Below are positions 16,313 through 24,637 of a stretch of 35,963 bases of DNA, one piece after another. Position 1 is the stretch's first letter; the number at the start of each line of letters is the position of its first letter. The DNA is from a virus. Its lineage: Duplodnaviria; Caudoviricetes. The stretch lies in IMG/VR virus record IMGVR_UViG_3300037183_000064, positions 1 to 35,963 of that record; one strand, written 5' to 3'. The notes under the pieces are model-generated. The model was not told the DNA's origin and searched no databases. It saw only the letters and a list, made by a program, of their open reading frames with translations. The translations under genes were made by a program, and so were the position numbers.

Positions 16313-17793
16313 CGCCCCCGCTTCTTCTTCGCGGCCTCAGCCTCGCGCAGCGCCGCCGCGGACATCGCCAGCGCCGCGCCCACGGCGTTCGGGCCGTCAA
16401 GCGTGAGCTTGTCGCCGTCGAGCTGCACCATCTGCGCACCCATCGGCGAGCGCGCGACGTCCTGGGCCATCACGCCGACGCGGCGACCGGGCCCGTCGCC
16501 GGGATCCTTGTAGTCGAACGTGTAGCCGGGCAGAGACTCGGCGAGGTCAACCAGGTCGGTGCTCTTGACGTCGGTCTTCGCGCGCCGGTCGGAGATGAGC
16601 TTGGGAATCACCGACGCGCCCGCGCCAATCTCGGCGCCTTTGAGTGCGTTCGCGTTCGCCTGCTCCTGGACCTTGGCGTCCAGCGCGGCCTTCGCGGCGG
16701 CGGTGGCGTTGCTGGTGTCGGCGGTAGCGCCGCTGATCAAGTTCTGCTCACGCGAGATGTCCTGCGCGCGCGTGTTGACGTCGGCGCTCTGGTTCGCCAG
16801 GTTCGCGCCCTGCGCCAGGTTCGCGTTGCTGGTGGCGAGTTGGCCTTCGGTGGTCTGCGCGCCGGTGATTCCCTGCACCAGCTGCTGGCGCGCGGTGGCC
16901 TGCTCGGCGGCGCGGTCGGCGAGCAGTTTCGTCTGGATGTCGCCCTGCGCCTGCGTCTGGGCGTCCAGCGCCTGGCGCAGCGTGCCGCCCGAGCTGTTGC
17001 CGCCCTGGAGCGCGGCGGCGTTGCCGTAGGCCTGCGCGCTGGCGCGGTTCGCGGCGTCCCTGGCGGCGATCTCCGCGGCGCTGGGCAGGGCGCCGCTCGC
17101 GGCCTGCTGGAGCTGGTCGAGCGCGACGCCCTGGCGTTGGCGAAGCGGGTCGATATTCGTCTGATCGAGCTGCACCAGGCCCGTCTGCGGCGCGGCGGTG
17201 GGGTTCGCCTCGGCCTGCTGGCGAAGGCGATCCAGCTCGGCCTGCTGCGCCTGCGCGGTGCCGGCGATCGTGTCGAGGGGGCCGACGCTCGGATCGGGCG
17301 CGCCACCGCCCAAGTCGCCGACGAGCCCTTTGATCGCGCTCCCGGCGGCGCTGGCGGCGTTGCCGGCAGCATCCACGATCGGCTTGCCGGTGACGCCAGG
17401 GGTCAGCGAGCCGTCAGGCTTGACGCCGGCGAGCCCGAGCGTCCCGGCCTGTACGACACCGTTCTCAACGGCGTTGCCCAGCGTCTGTTTGGTGCCTTGG
17501 TCGGTGCCGACGGTCCCCTGGTAGACCGATTTGACGAAGTTCGGGGGCGTCCTGGGATTGGCGGGGTCTTCGCCCTGCTGGTAACTGATAACCGAGCCGG
17601 TGTGGTCACCGGACGTTACCGTGTACGACCCGTCGGGGTTCAATTGCGCCGGTGCCAATTGCGGCACGCCGTTCAGCTGGCCGACCGAGACCATGATCGG
17701 CTGCGCGCCCGCGGCAGGTGGTGCGCCCGCGGGCGACGGCGGCGCGGCCTGGATCATCGGAGCATTCGGATCGGTAGCGGCCGGCCTAGCCAT
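16309..17793 (-). CDS. DNA pilot/ejection protein with C-terminal peptidase S74 (intramolecular chaperone) domain
   Basis: Ala/Gln/Asn-rich helical body (TRAQDI motif); C-terminal ISDRRAKTDV...YTFDYKD...VGVMAQDV; ATG 17793 follows the late motif. Confidence 0.75.
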   Translation of the reverse strand: MARPAATDPNAPMIQAAPPSPAGAPPAAGAQPIMVSVGQLNGVPQLAPAQLNPDGSYTVTSGDHTGSVISYQQGEDPANPRTPPNFVKSVYQGTVGTDQGTKQTLGNAVENGVVQAGTLGLAGVKPDGSLTPGVTGKPIVDAAGNAASAAGSAIKGLVGDLGGGAPDPSVGPLDTIAGTAQAQQAELDRLRQQAEANPTAAPQTGLVQLDQTNIDPLRQRQGVALDQLQQAASGALPSAAEIAARDAANRASAQAYGNAAALQGGNSSGGTLRQALDAQTQAQGDIQTKLLADRAAEQATARQQLVQGITGAQTTEGQLATSNANLAQGANLANQSADVNTRAQDISREQNLISGATADTSNATAAAKAALDAKVQEQANANALKGAEIGAGASVIPKLISDRRAKTDVKSTDLVDLAESLPGYTFDYKDPGDGPGRRVGVMAQDVARSPMGAQMVQLDGDKLTLDGPNAVGAALAMSAAALREAEAAKKKRGR

Positions 17794-17808
17794 CGCGGCT
17801 AGCCAAGC

Positions 17809-17856
17809 GGCGTCGCGGGCGTCATTCGTAACGCGGTGCAGCTGCAAACGTTTGCA
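17809..17856 (-). promoter_or_regulatory. Palindrome TGCAAACGTTTGCA (17843-17856) + 24 nt + CCGCGACGCC (17818-17809)
   Basis: Intergenic; same spacing as the copy at 29120-29168. Confidence 0.75.
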
Positions 17857-17882
17857 CGCTGAGGTGCGTCAAGTCAGCGATA

Positions 17883-20882
17883 TTATTGAGTCCGCTTCGT
17901 CCAGGTCGCGGGGGACATGCCCTGTTTGACGCCGTACTCCACGACGATTGCGGACATCTTGACGGGCACCGCATTTGCGACGTAGCTCACGACGAAACGG
18001 AAGGCCGATAGCTTCGCCGGGTACTTGATTTCCCAGTCCCACTGCGCGCCCGGCGCGGCGGTCTGCAGCGCGAGGTTCGTGGTGGTGTCGAAGTCGGCCT
18101 GCAGCGCCACCGTGACCGTGGGGGCGCCCCCGGCAGTCTCGCCAACGGCGCGCGCGCGGATGAAGGTCACATAGCCGTCGAGGTCGGACCCCTTGATCCA
18201 CGGCGTGGTGGTCAGAACGGTGAACGGGCTCGCGCCGTCGGCTCCGGTGCTGCCCGCCTCGACGTAGACGGTGCTCGACTTCGCCACGGCGGCGCCCGAA
18301 CCGTACGCGCACGCGGCGCTCTGCGTCCCGAAGTCGTTCGGCGACACATCGACCATCCAAGTGTCGCTGATCGGGTCGTGCACCAGCGTCGTGAAGCGCC
18401 CGCTGTCCGACTGCGACGTGTAATAGCGCGTCTCTCCGGTGGCCGAGATGAGGACCGCGCCGGTGATGGGCAGGCCGGCGGTGTAGCGCTCGATCGGGGA
18501 GCCGAGGTACTCGGTCTGGTTCGCCGTGTTGACGCGGTACCAGGCGCGCGTGCCAAGACCGCTGCGGAACTCGATGCCCGAGGGCGTCTCCAGGATGCTG
18601 CGTGGGTTGTCGGTGCCCGCGCCGACGATGGGCGTGCTCACGCTGAAGCTGCCGCCGTTGCCCGCCTGGTTCGGCCCGTTGCCGCTCACCAGGTAGTAGG
18701 CCGCGGACTTGAAAATCACGACGACGCCCGACGGCTGCTGCGCGACGCCCGTCACGGGGCCCAAGTTGTCGTTCAGGATGATCTTGTTCTGCTCCGAGAA
18801 GCGCCAGCCCTGACCCGGGATGAACAGATTGCTCATCCACACCTCATACGGGTTGTCATTGGAGATGATCCAGGCGCGGCCGGCAGCGATCGCGACCACG
18901 CTGGATCCGGGGATCCCGTCGGCGGCGAGCGGGTGGTTCCCGACGGCACCGTTGGTGTAGAGCGCTTGCCCGGCCGCGACGGCGCTGTCCGCGAAGGTGT
19001 CCGAGAACGCCACCGTGTCGACGGTCGGGTCATTGACCACCGAACCCACCATAGCTAACGTCACATTGTCGTTGGCGGCTCCTCGGTAGACCTCGATCAG
19101 GACGTCGTCACGGCTGGCCAGGCGATACGTCGGGCAGGCCACGCTGTTGCTGTTGTTGGCGCCCATGGCCACGGACGTGACCAAGCTCGGCGCCGAGTAC
19201 CAGGTGCGCCCGTTGACGTCCACCCACGAGTAGACCAGGACGTAATAGTAGGTCGCGCCGGAGGTGAGAGCACCGCCGCCGCCGGGCGTGAGGATGGGTT
19301 GCTCTGGGTAATAGTTGAACCCCGCGTCGACGTAGCTGCGCCCATCGAACTGGCCAACGATCCCGCCCGGCGTGAACAGCGAATCGATCGCCTCGCGCGG
19401 GGCACCCGTCGTCGTGTCCGGTATCGCCAGGAAAGTGACATGCACGATGTCGATACCGACCCCTTGCGGCTGATACGTCGTCGGGTTTCCCTTGAGGCGT
19501 AACTGGACCGTGTTCGCATATGCGTAGCTGCCTGAGGCAACGGTGGAGACCGGGCACAGCGGCCCAGTGGGGAACGCGAACGTGTACCCGTTGTTCACCT
19601 GCGTCTTGGCCACCACCGCCGTGAGGCTCGCGAAGCCAGTGATCGTCTCCGGGATGCGAGCGACGAACCGCGTAGGCTGAGAACGGGAGTAAAACTCGGT
19701 CCCGACGTAGTATTTCCCGTCGGTTCCGACGAACGGCTTGGACCCGAGCTGAACCGACCGGTAGTAGATCGCGGTCGCGATCACGCCAGCCTCGCGCGTG
19801 GCGGCCCGGAGTAGCGCGAACGAGCCTGTGCCGTCGTCGTAGAGCACGGTGAATTGCCCGGTGGCAGCGCTCGTCATGGTGAAGCCGGCGAGCGCGCCAG
19901 AGGTAGCGGCGGCGTCCATGACGTAAGTGCTCACCGCCTGGCGCGTGGCTCCGGCGGTCGGGATGTCCCAGAACACGCGCAGTCCGGCGGCTGGTGCGCG
20001 GGCAATCAGGGCGATCTTTCCGCTGCCACCAAAGTCCTGCATCCACGCGACGGCGTAGCTGGTCGGGATGTTGGCGGCGGCGCTGTCCTTGGGCGTCCAG
20101 AACGTGGCGGCACCGGCGGTCGGCGCATAGTCGAAGCACTGAACGTTCGTGCCGTCGCTGTAGGCCGCGCTGATGGTCGTCGCGTCCTTGACCAGCATGT
20201 CGAACTGCCGGCTCACGTTCGCGACCGTCTTGGAGATGGTCACGCGGTTGGTCGCGCCCGAGCCGACCGACGCCGTTGGCCACGTGTCGATAAAGATCGT
20301 CGTCGCGGTCGCGTAGGCGAAGACCGCGAAGCCGTTGACGACGCGCACACCCCAGGAGACGAACGTCCCGCCGAGCAGGATCTCGCCGACTGCTTCGCCG
20401 GTCGCCGCGTCGATTACCGTCTCAACCAGGGAGGCCACGCCGTTGCGGGTCGTCTGGTAGATGACCCAGTAGTAACCGGCCGAGTAGACGACGTCGGGGA
20501 ACAGGCCGTTGCCGCTGATCTGCTGGAGCGTTGCCGCGATCGGTCCGCGCCGCTTCGTCTGGATTGCCGCAAAGCCTCCAGCGTTGTCGGTGGCCCATGA
20601 ATCAGAGGTCGGCACGTAGCGGTTGACCGGGTGGTTGCCGACACCGCTGAAGCTCACCAGGTCGCCCTTGAGCGTGCCGAGCGCCCACGGGGCAGGCAGA
20701 GAGCCGCCCACGCCGAGCAGGCCCGTGCCCAGCGCGCTGGTGCCATTGCGCGTGACAACCTCGCCGATGCGACCAGGCCGAACGTTCTGCAACTCCTCGG
20801 ACTTGCCGACCGGGAGCTGCTTGCCGTCCGTGCCCGTCGCGAGGCCGCCGGACAGCGGGATCGTCAGGCGCTGCTTCAGCAC
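17883..20882 (-). CDS. Tail nozzle / tail tubular protein B-like (about 1000 aa)
   Basis: N-terminus MLKQRLTIPLSGGLATGTD...LQNVR; beta-propeller-like segments; position between adaptor and ejection genes; ORF open to 20927. Confidence 0.7.
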   Translation of the reverse strand: MLKQRLTIPLSGGLATGTDGKQLPVGKSEELQNVRPGRIGEVVTRNGTSALGTGLLGVGGSLPAPWALGTLKGDLVSFSGVGNHPVNRYVPTSDSWATDNAGGFAAIQTKRRGPIAATLQQISGNGLFPDVVYSAGYYWVIYQTTRNGVASLVETVIDAATGEAVGEILLGGTFVSWGVRVVNGFAVFAYATATTIFIDTWPTASVGSGATNRVTISKTVANVSRQFDMLVKDATTISAAYSDGTNVQCFDYAPTAGAATFWTPKDSAAANIPTSYAVAWMQDFGGSGKIALIARAPAAGLRVFWDIPTAGATRQAVSTYVMDAAATSGALAGFTMTSAATGQFTVLYDDGTGSFALLRAATREAGVIATAIYYRSVQLGSKPFVGTDGKYYVGTEFYSRSQPTRFVARIPETITGFASLTAVVAKTQVNNGYTFAFPTGPLCPVSTVASGSYAYANTVQLRLKGNPTTYQPQGVGIDIVHVTFLAIPDTTTGAPREAIDSLFTPGGIVGQFDGRSYVDAGFNYYPEQPILTPGGGGALTSGATYYYVLVYSWVDVNGRTWYSAPSLVTSVAMGANNSNSVACPTYRLASRDDVLIEVYRGAANDNVTLAMVGSVVNDPTVDTVAFSDTFADSAVAAGQALYTNGAVGNHPLAADGIPGSSVVAIAAGRAWIISNDNPYEVWMSNLFIPGQGWRFSEQNKIILNDNLGPVTGVAQQPSGVVVIFKSAAYYLVSGNGPNQAGNGGSFSVSTPIVGAGTDNPRSILETPSGIEFRSGLGTRAWYRVNTANQTEYLGSPIERYTAGLPITGAVLISATGETRYYTSQSDSGRFTTLVHDPISDTWMVDVSPNDFGTQSAACAYGSGAAVAKSSTVYVEAGSTGADGASPFTVLTTTPWIKGSDLDGYVTFIRARAVGETAGGAPTVTVALQADFDTTTNLALQTAAPGAQWDWEIKYPAKLSAFRFVVSYVANAVPVKMSAIVVEYGVKQGMSPATWTKRTQ

Positions 20883-20935
20883 TGAACGCCCGCGCAGCTT
20901 GCGCCAACGGCAGAGCTGGCGCACCATCTCCGACC

Positions 20936-21256
20936 ATGCGCGCTTTGATGCTGGTGGGTCTGTTCCTGGTGGGCTGCGGCGGGACCGAGCCGATCGTCGA
21001 GCAGACGTCGGCCCTCGGCTGCTGGAACTCGCTGTCCAGTCACGAAGAGCTGGATCTCCGCGCCGACGGGTCCATGCAGCACCTCGACGGAGACAACGCC
21101 TCGATCACAGCTGGCACGTGGAACATGCAGGGAAGCGCCCTGGAGCTCCATGACGGTGGCTCCGTTCAGTTCTGGCAGGTGACCGCAGTCTCCCCCGCCG
21201 AGATGTGGACCGACAGCGGCGTGGTCAAGCACTGGCAGTCCGTGGCCTGCCACTAG
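20936..21256 (+). CDS. Lipoprotein (small beta-barrel/lipocalin-like), antisense moron
   Basis: MRALMLVGLFLVG-C lipobox; LGCW...LDLRADGS...GTW pattern. Confidence 0.7.
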   Translation: MRALMLVGLFLVGCGGTEPIVEQTSALGCWNSLSSHEELDLRADGSMQHLDGDNASITAGTWNMQGSALELHDGGSVQFWQVTAVSPAEMWTDSGVVKHWQSVACH

Positions 21257-21564
21257 AACACCGCCAGGCCGAGCACAGCCGCCGTCGACGCGCGCAGCGT
21301 GAAGTAGTTGCGCGGGTCGATCGCCTCGGGGACCGCGCCGTCGGCGACACGCACGTCGACGTTGGAGCCCACGATCCAGTAGCCCGCGACCGGGCGCCCC
21401 AGGCCGTGGAAGATGCGCGTGTCGCTGGCGCCGACGAGCTGGCGCGGCAGAATCACCGCCCCGGCGAGCGGCGCGCCTTCGAGGTCGTTCAGCGAAATCT
21501 CAAGCTGGTTGATCAGCAGGTCGAGCTTGGCGTCGCCGAAGCGTGGCAGTGCCGTGTTGGCCAT
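21253..21564 (-). CDS. Small tail/structural protein
   Basis: IFHGLGRPVAGYWIV motif (HxLGRxP is typical of tail proteins); preceded by the late motif. Confidence 0.7.
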   Translation of the reverse strand: MANTALPRFGDAKLDLLINQLEISLNDLEGAPLAGAVILPRQLVGASDTRIFHGLGRPVAGYWIVGSNVDVRVADGAVPEAIDPRNYFTLRASTAAVLGLAVF

Positions 21565-21580
21565 CCAATCCTAGCCCGGT

Positions 21581-21590
21581 GGCGTCGCGG
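21581..21590 (-). promoter_or_regulatory. Conserved upstream motif CCGCGACGCC, 16 nt before ATG 21564
   Basis: One of five identical intergenic copies. Confidence 0.65.
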
Positions 21591-21762
21591 TACTGGTAAT
21601 TCATCGACGCTTGACATGGACGGGGCGCCATGATTTGCTTCAGGAGCCAATCGACCATGATTTTCAACCTCCCAGGCCCCCGTCTTTTCGCTCCCGCCGG
21701 TCGATTGGCGTTGCTCGGTAGAAGCGTAGAGGCGGGGACCTGGGCGACTGAAAGCAACGCCA

Positions 21763-22308
21763 ATGAAGAAAGCCGCTGTCAATTGCCTGCTGTTTCGCAC
21801 GAGCGAAGAGATCGAAACAGCCACCCCCGATCAGGTCGCGGCATGGCTGCGCCTGATCGTCCTGTGCTCTGAGCGTGAAAGCGGCGGCGTCCTTGAGGGC
21901 GCGCTGGCCTGGAAGGAGTCCACGGCCAAGTTCCATCTCAGGTACGGCGGCCGAGAGATGCTCCGCGAGATGGTCACGTTCGGCCTGCTGATCGCCACTG
22001 ACGACTCATCCGATCTGCGCGTCTTCGGGTACGACGCGGAGAGCGAAGCCGGTTACATCGCAATGCGTGACGGCGGTCGCAAGAACAAGGGCAACAGAAG
22101 GGGTTCGAATGGGGGTTCAGATGGTATTCAGAAGCCCATCGAATCCCCCCGGTTAAGTAAGGTTAGGTTAGGTAGAGAAGAGCAGAGAAGAGCGGATCAA
22201 GGTAGAGCAGGGGAAGGTAGAGCTAGGTTGAGTGAGGTCGAGGAGCACCCAGCGTGGGACCGTGATGCTGATGTGTCTGACGACGACGCTGACGATGGTG
22301 CAGCATGA
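21763..22308 (+). CDS. Putative replication initiator / replisome organizer-like protein
   Basis: wHTH-like N-terminus (AWLRLIVLC...GGVL), GGRK...RR basic linker and the LSKVRLGREEQRR purine-rich linker typical of phage initiators. Confidence 0.55.
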   Translation: MKKAAVNCLLFRTSEEIETATPDQVAAWLRLIVLCSERESGGVLEGALAWKESTAKFHLRYGGREMLREMVTFGLLIATDDSSDLRVFGYDAESEAGYIAMRDGGRKNKGNRRGSNGGSDGIQKPIESPRLSKVRLGREEQRRADQGRAGEGRARLSEVEEHPAWDRDADVSDDDADDGAA

Positions 22309-22466
22309 GCGGTATCAAGAACCTGTGGAGCAGACTACAGTTGCCGATGCCAAGCAGAGACCAGCCGCCATCTACTCCCAGGAAGCGCAAGCACCGAGAC
22401 CGTACGAGGCGAGACGTCGTCGCCGAAGTCAGCGAGACCATCAAGTACGAGCGCGGCGACCGCTAG
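22305..22466 (+). CDS. Small basic hypothetical protein (53 aa, MSGIKNLWSRL...)
   Basis: ATGA overlap with the previous gene; its stop shares CTAG with the convergent gene. Confidence 0.45.
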   Translation: MSGIKNLWSRLQLPMPSRDQPPSTPRKRKHRDRTRRDVVAEVSETIKYERGDR

Positions 22467-23533
22467 TACCCGTGCCCCAGGTCTTCGACGTAGGCGATCT
22501 GGAACGCCTGCACGTCGTCGCGATCGAACGAGGCGATCACGTCGGTCTTGATGGCGTTGACCCGGTTGACCCAGGGATCATCGGCCGTCTCTTCGATGCC
22601 CAGCGCGGAGCAGGCGGCGAGCTTCACGATGGACTCGGTCTCGGGCTCCAGAACCGGGTCGAGCGGCACGGTGTCGGTGCTGCTGGCGAACTTGTAGGGC
22701 GCGCCGCGGTAGTAGACGCGGTACGTCCCGGCGGCCACCTCGTAGGGCGTGATGAACAGCTGCTGCGCCCTCAGGTCGAACTTCCGCTGCACGTCGTACT
22801 GCGACGGCACCCACCAGCCCACGCCGTCGTTGCGCTGCTGGAAGTTGCGCCCGCGGATGGTGAGGCGCTGCCCCGTGTCGGGGTTCAGGTCGAGGCCGTG
22901 GAGCGCGCGGAAGTTAAGGCCCGTGCCCTGCGTGTAGACCTGGGCCGAGGTGTCGACGATGCCGCCGCTGAACTGCAGCAGGTAGAACGTCTTGCCGGCG
23001 TTCAGGCTGCCGGCCGTGACCGCGATGGTCGCGCCCACCTGAATCTCGCCTGGCAGCGCCGAATCGAAGTTGAAGACGCGCAGCAGGATGAACGGCGCGC
23101 CGCCGGTGCCGAGCTGGATCACCTGCCACACGCCGTTGTTGGCCTGGTTCACCTCGTTCTGCACCAGGATCAGGTCGTTCAGCGCGGTCGCGGTGCCATC
23201 GACGGTCAGCGCGCCGTTGGCATTCGCGAGCAGGATGCGCCCCGGGCCGGGTCCACCGCTCGGCGTGTTCGCCGGCAGAGCTGCGGTGGTCGCCAGGCGC
23301 ACCGTGGGCCCGATCGGGTTGAGGTTGATGGCCGATGAGGCCGACCCGCCGGCGATGACGAAGTCGGCCGAGCTGAAATAAAGCCCCGGGTCGAGAGCGG
23401 TGCGGAACTTCCACCAGCTCTCGACGGCCCAGTTGACGAAGACGAGCCAATCGGTATCCGCGACCGCCGCATTACGCCGGTTGTTGCTGACCAGTTTGGC
23501 CTGGTCAATCAGGCTGGCGACGAGCGTGGGCAC
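22463..23533 (-). CDS. Head-tail adaptor / tail tubular protein A-like with an inserted fibre/decoration domain
   Basis: Adaptor-type N-terminus (LVASLIDQAK...DTDWLVFVN) and C-terminus (LFITP...YRVYY...IVKLAA) around a VRLATTA...LTVDG...ILVQNE...NNGVW insert. Confidence 0.65.
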   Translation of the reverse strand: MPTLVASLIDQAKLVSNNRRNAAVADTDWLVFVNWAVESWWKFRTALDPGLYFSSADFVIAGGSASSAINLNPIGPTVRLATTAALPANTPSGGPGPGRILLANANGALTVDGTATALNDLILVQNEVNQANNGVWQVIQLGTGGAPFILLRVFNFDSALPGEIQVGATIAVTAGSLNAGKTFYLLQFSGGIVDTSAQVYTQGTGLNFRALHGLDLNPDTGQRLTIRGRNFQQRNDGVGWWVPSQYDVQRKFDLRAQQLFITPYEVAAGTYRVYYRGAPYKFASSTDTVPLDPVLEPETESIVKLAACSALGIEETADDPWVNRVNAIKTDVIASFDRDDVQAFQIAYVEDLGHGY

Positions 23534-23540
23534 CGGTCGG

Positions 23541-23783
23541 TTACCCGCAGATGTCCATCAGCTTCTTGAACGCCTCGACGACATCAGTCGGCGATCCGTC
23601 CTTGACCGCAGACTGGAATTCCTCGGCGGCGCTCTGCTCAGCGGCCTCGTCGTCACTCGACTCGCCGGCCTCCTCGGAATCGCTTCCCTCTTCCCCGTCG
23701 TCGGCGCTGTCCTTCGGGTACTTCTTCGCCTTCGAGTCGGGCGGCCCGACCATGTCGGCGATTTCGCTTCCCAGCTTGCCCAC
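23541..23783 (-). CDS. Small acidic hypothetical protein
   Basis: 80 aa, D/E-rich, in the structural operon. Confidence 0.6.
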   Translation of the reverse strand: MGKLGSEIADMVGPPDSKAKKYPKDSADDGEEGSDSEEAGESSDDEAAEQSAAEEFQSAVKDGSPTDVVEAFKKLMDICG

Positions 23784-23785
23784 GG

Positions 23786-24169
23786 TCAGATCTCCTGGAC
23801 CGCGATTTCGTAGTGGATGCTGTTGCCAGACAGCACATCGGTATCCACGCCCGAGCTGGCCAGGATGGCCTGCAGGGTGAACGTGCCGTTGGTGGCGCCG
23901 GCCTGCCCCTGGACCACGTTCGCGTTCGTGTTGCCGAATGACGTGGTCCCCGGGCGAACGATGTGCGCGCTCAGCAGTCGCGGAGCGCCACGGTAGACGC
24001 GATCGAAGGTGAGGTCGTAGCGCCCGGCCGCCGCGTTCTTGACCGCAACGGCGAGCTCGCTGACCTGGCTCGTGATCGCGCCCGAGGCGCCCACGAGAAT
24101 CGTTCCGGTGATGCTTACTTCGCCGCGCCGGCCCGTGCCGCGCCCGGGGAGTTTCAGTTTGACAGCCAT
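23786..24169 (-). CDS. Probable capsid decoration/minor structural protein
   Basis: Beta-rich 127-aa ORF (AAGRYDLTF) after the MCP; GGAG SD. Confidence 0.6.
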   Translation of the reverse strand: MAVKLKLPGRGTGRRGEVSITGTILVGASGAITSQVSELAVAVKNAAAGRYDLTFDRVYRGAPRLLSAHIVRPGTTSFGNTNANVVQGQAGATNGTFTLQAILASSGVDTDVLSGNSIHYEIAVQEI

Positions 24170-24184
24170 GGTGGTCTCCGTTGA

Positions 24185-24628
24185 TCAGCCCTTATGGGCC
24201 TTCAGGTAGGAAAGAAGATTCTCGACACGGGAAACGCTGTCGTTCAGCAGACCGAGAGCGACATTGCACCGGCTGCACAACAACGCTCTGACCGCGCCCG
24301 TGTCGTGGTCGTGGTCGACAGACAACGCCTGCACGCGACTGTGCCGCACGTTGATTTCTGGCTGCTTGCAGGAGGCGCACACTGCGCCCTGCGACGACAG
24401 CATCGCATCGAAGGCCGCCAGCGTCAGGCCGTACACCTTCAGCTTCGCCTTGTCCTTGTGTCCAGGGTGCTTCTTGATCCAGGCTCGCATGTAAGCCGCC
24501 TTCGCCTCCTTTGTTTTGGACGGCGAAGGCGGCAGGCCGGCGGCGTTGCGCTCCAGAACGCGTGCTCGATCGCGAGCGACCTTGCGCGCCTTTGCTTCTG
24601 GAGAGGAAGTGCCGTCGGCCCACTTCAT
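24185..24628 (-). CDS. Endonuclease VII-family HNH endonuclease (free-standing homing endonuclease candidate)
   Basis: YGLT...QGAVCASC...LSVDHDHDTGAVRALLCSRCNVALG. Confidence 0.9.
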   Translation of the reverse strand: MKWADGTSSPEAKARKVARDRARVLERNAAGLPPSPSKTKEAKAAYMRAWIKKHPGHKDKAKLKVYGLTLAAFDAMLSSQGAVCASCKQPEINVRHSRVQALSVDHDHDTGAVRALLCSRCNVALGLLNDSVSRVENLLSYLKAHKG

Positions 24629-24637
24629 GACGCCCGA

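Noticed and set aside
14780-17802. Long plus-strand ORFs (577 aa and 575 aa) and similar antisense ORFs elsewhere
   Set aside because: They are shadows of GC3-rich minus-strand genes, with Arg/Gly-rich low-complexity translations and no motifs
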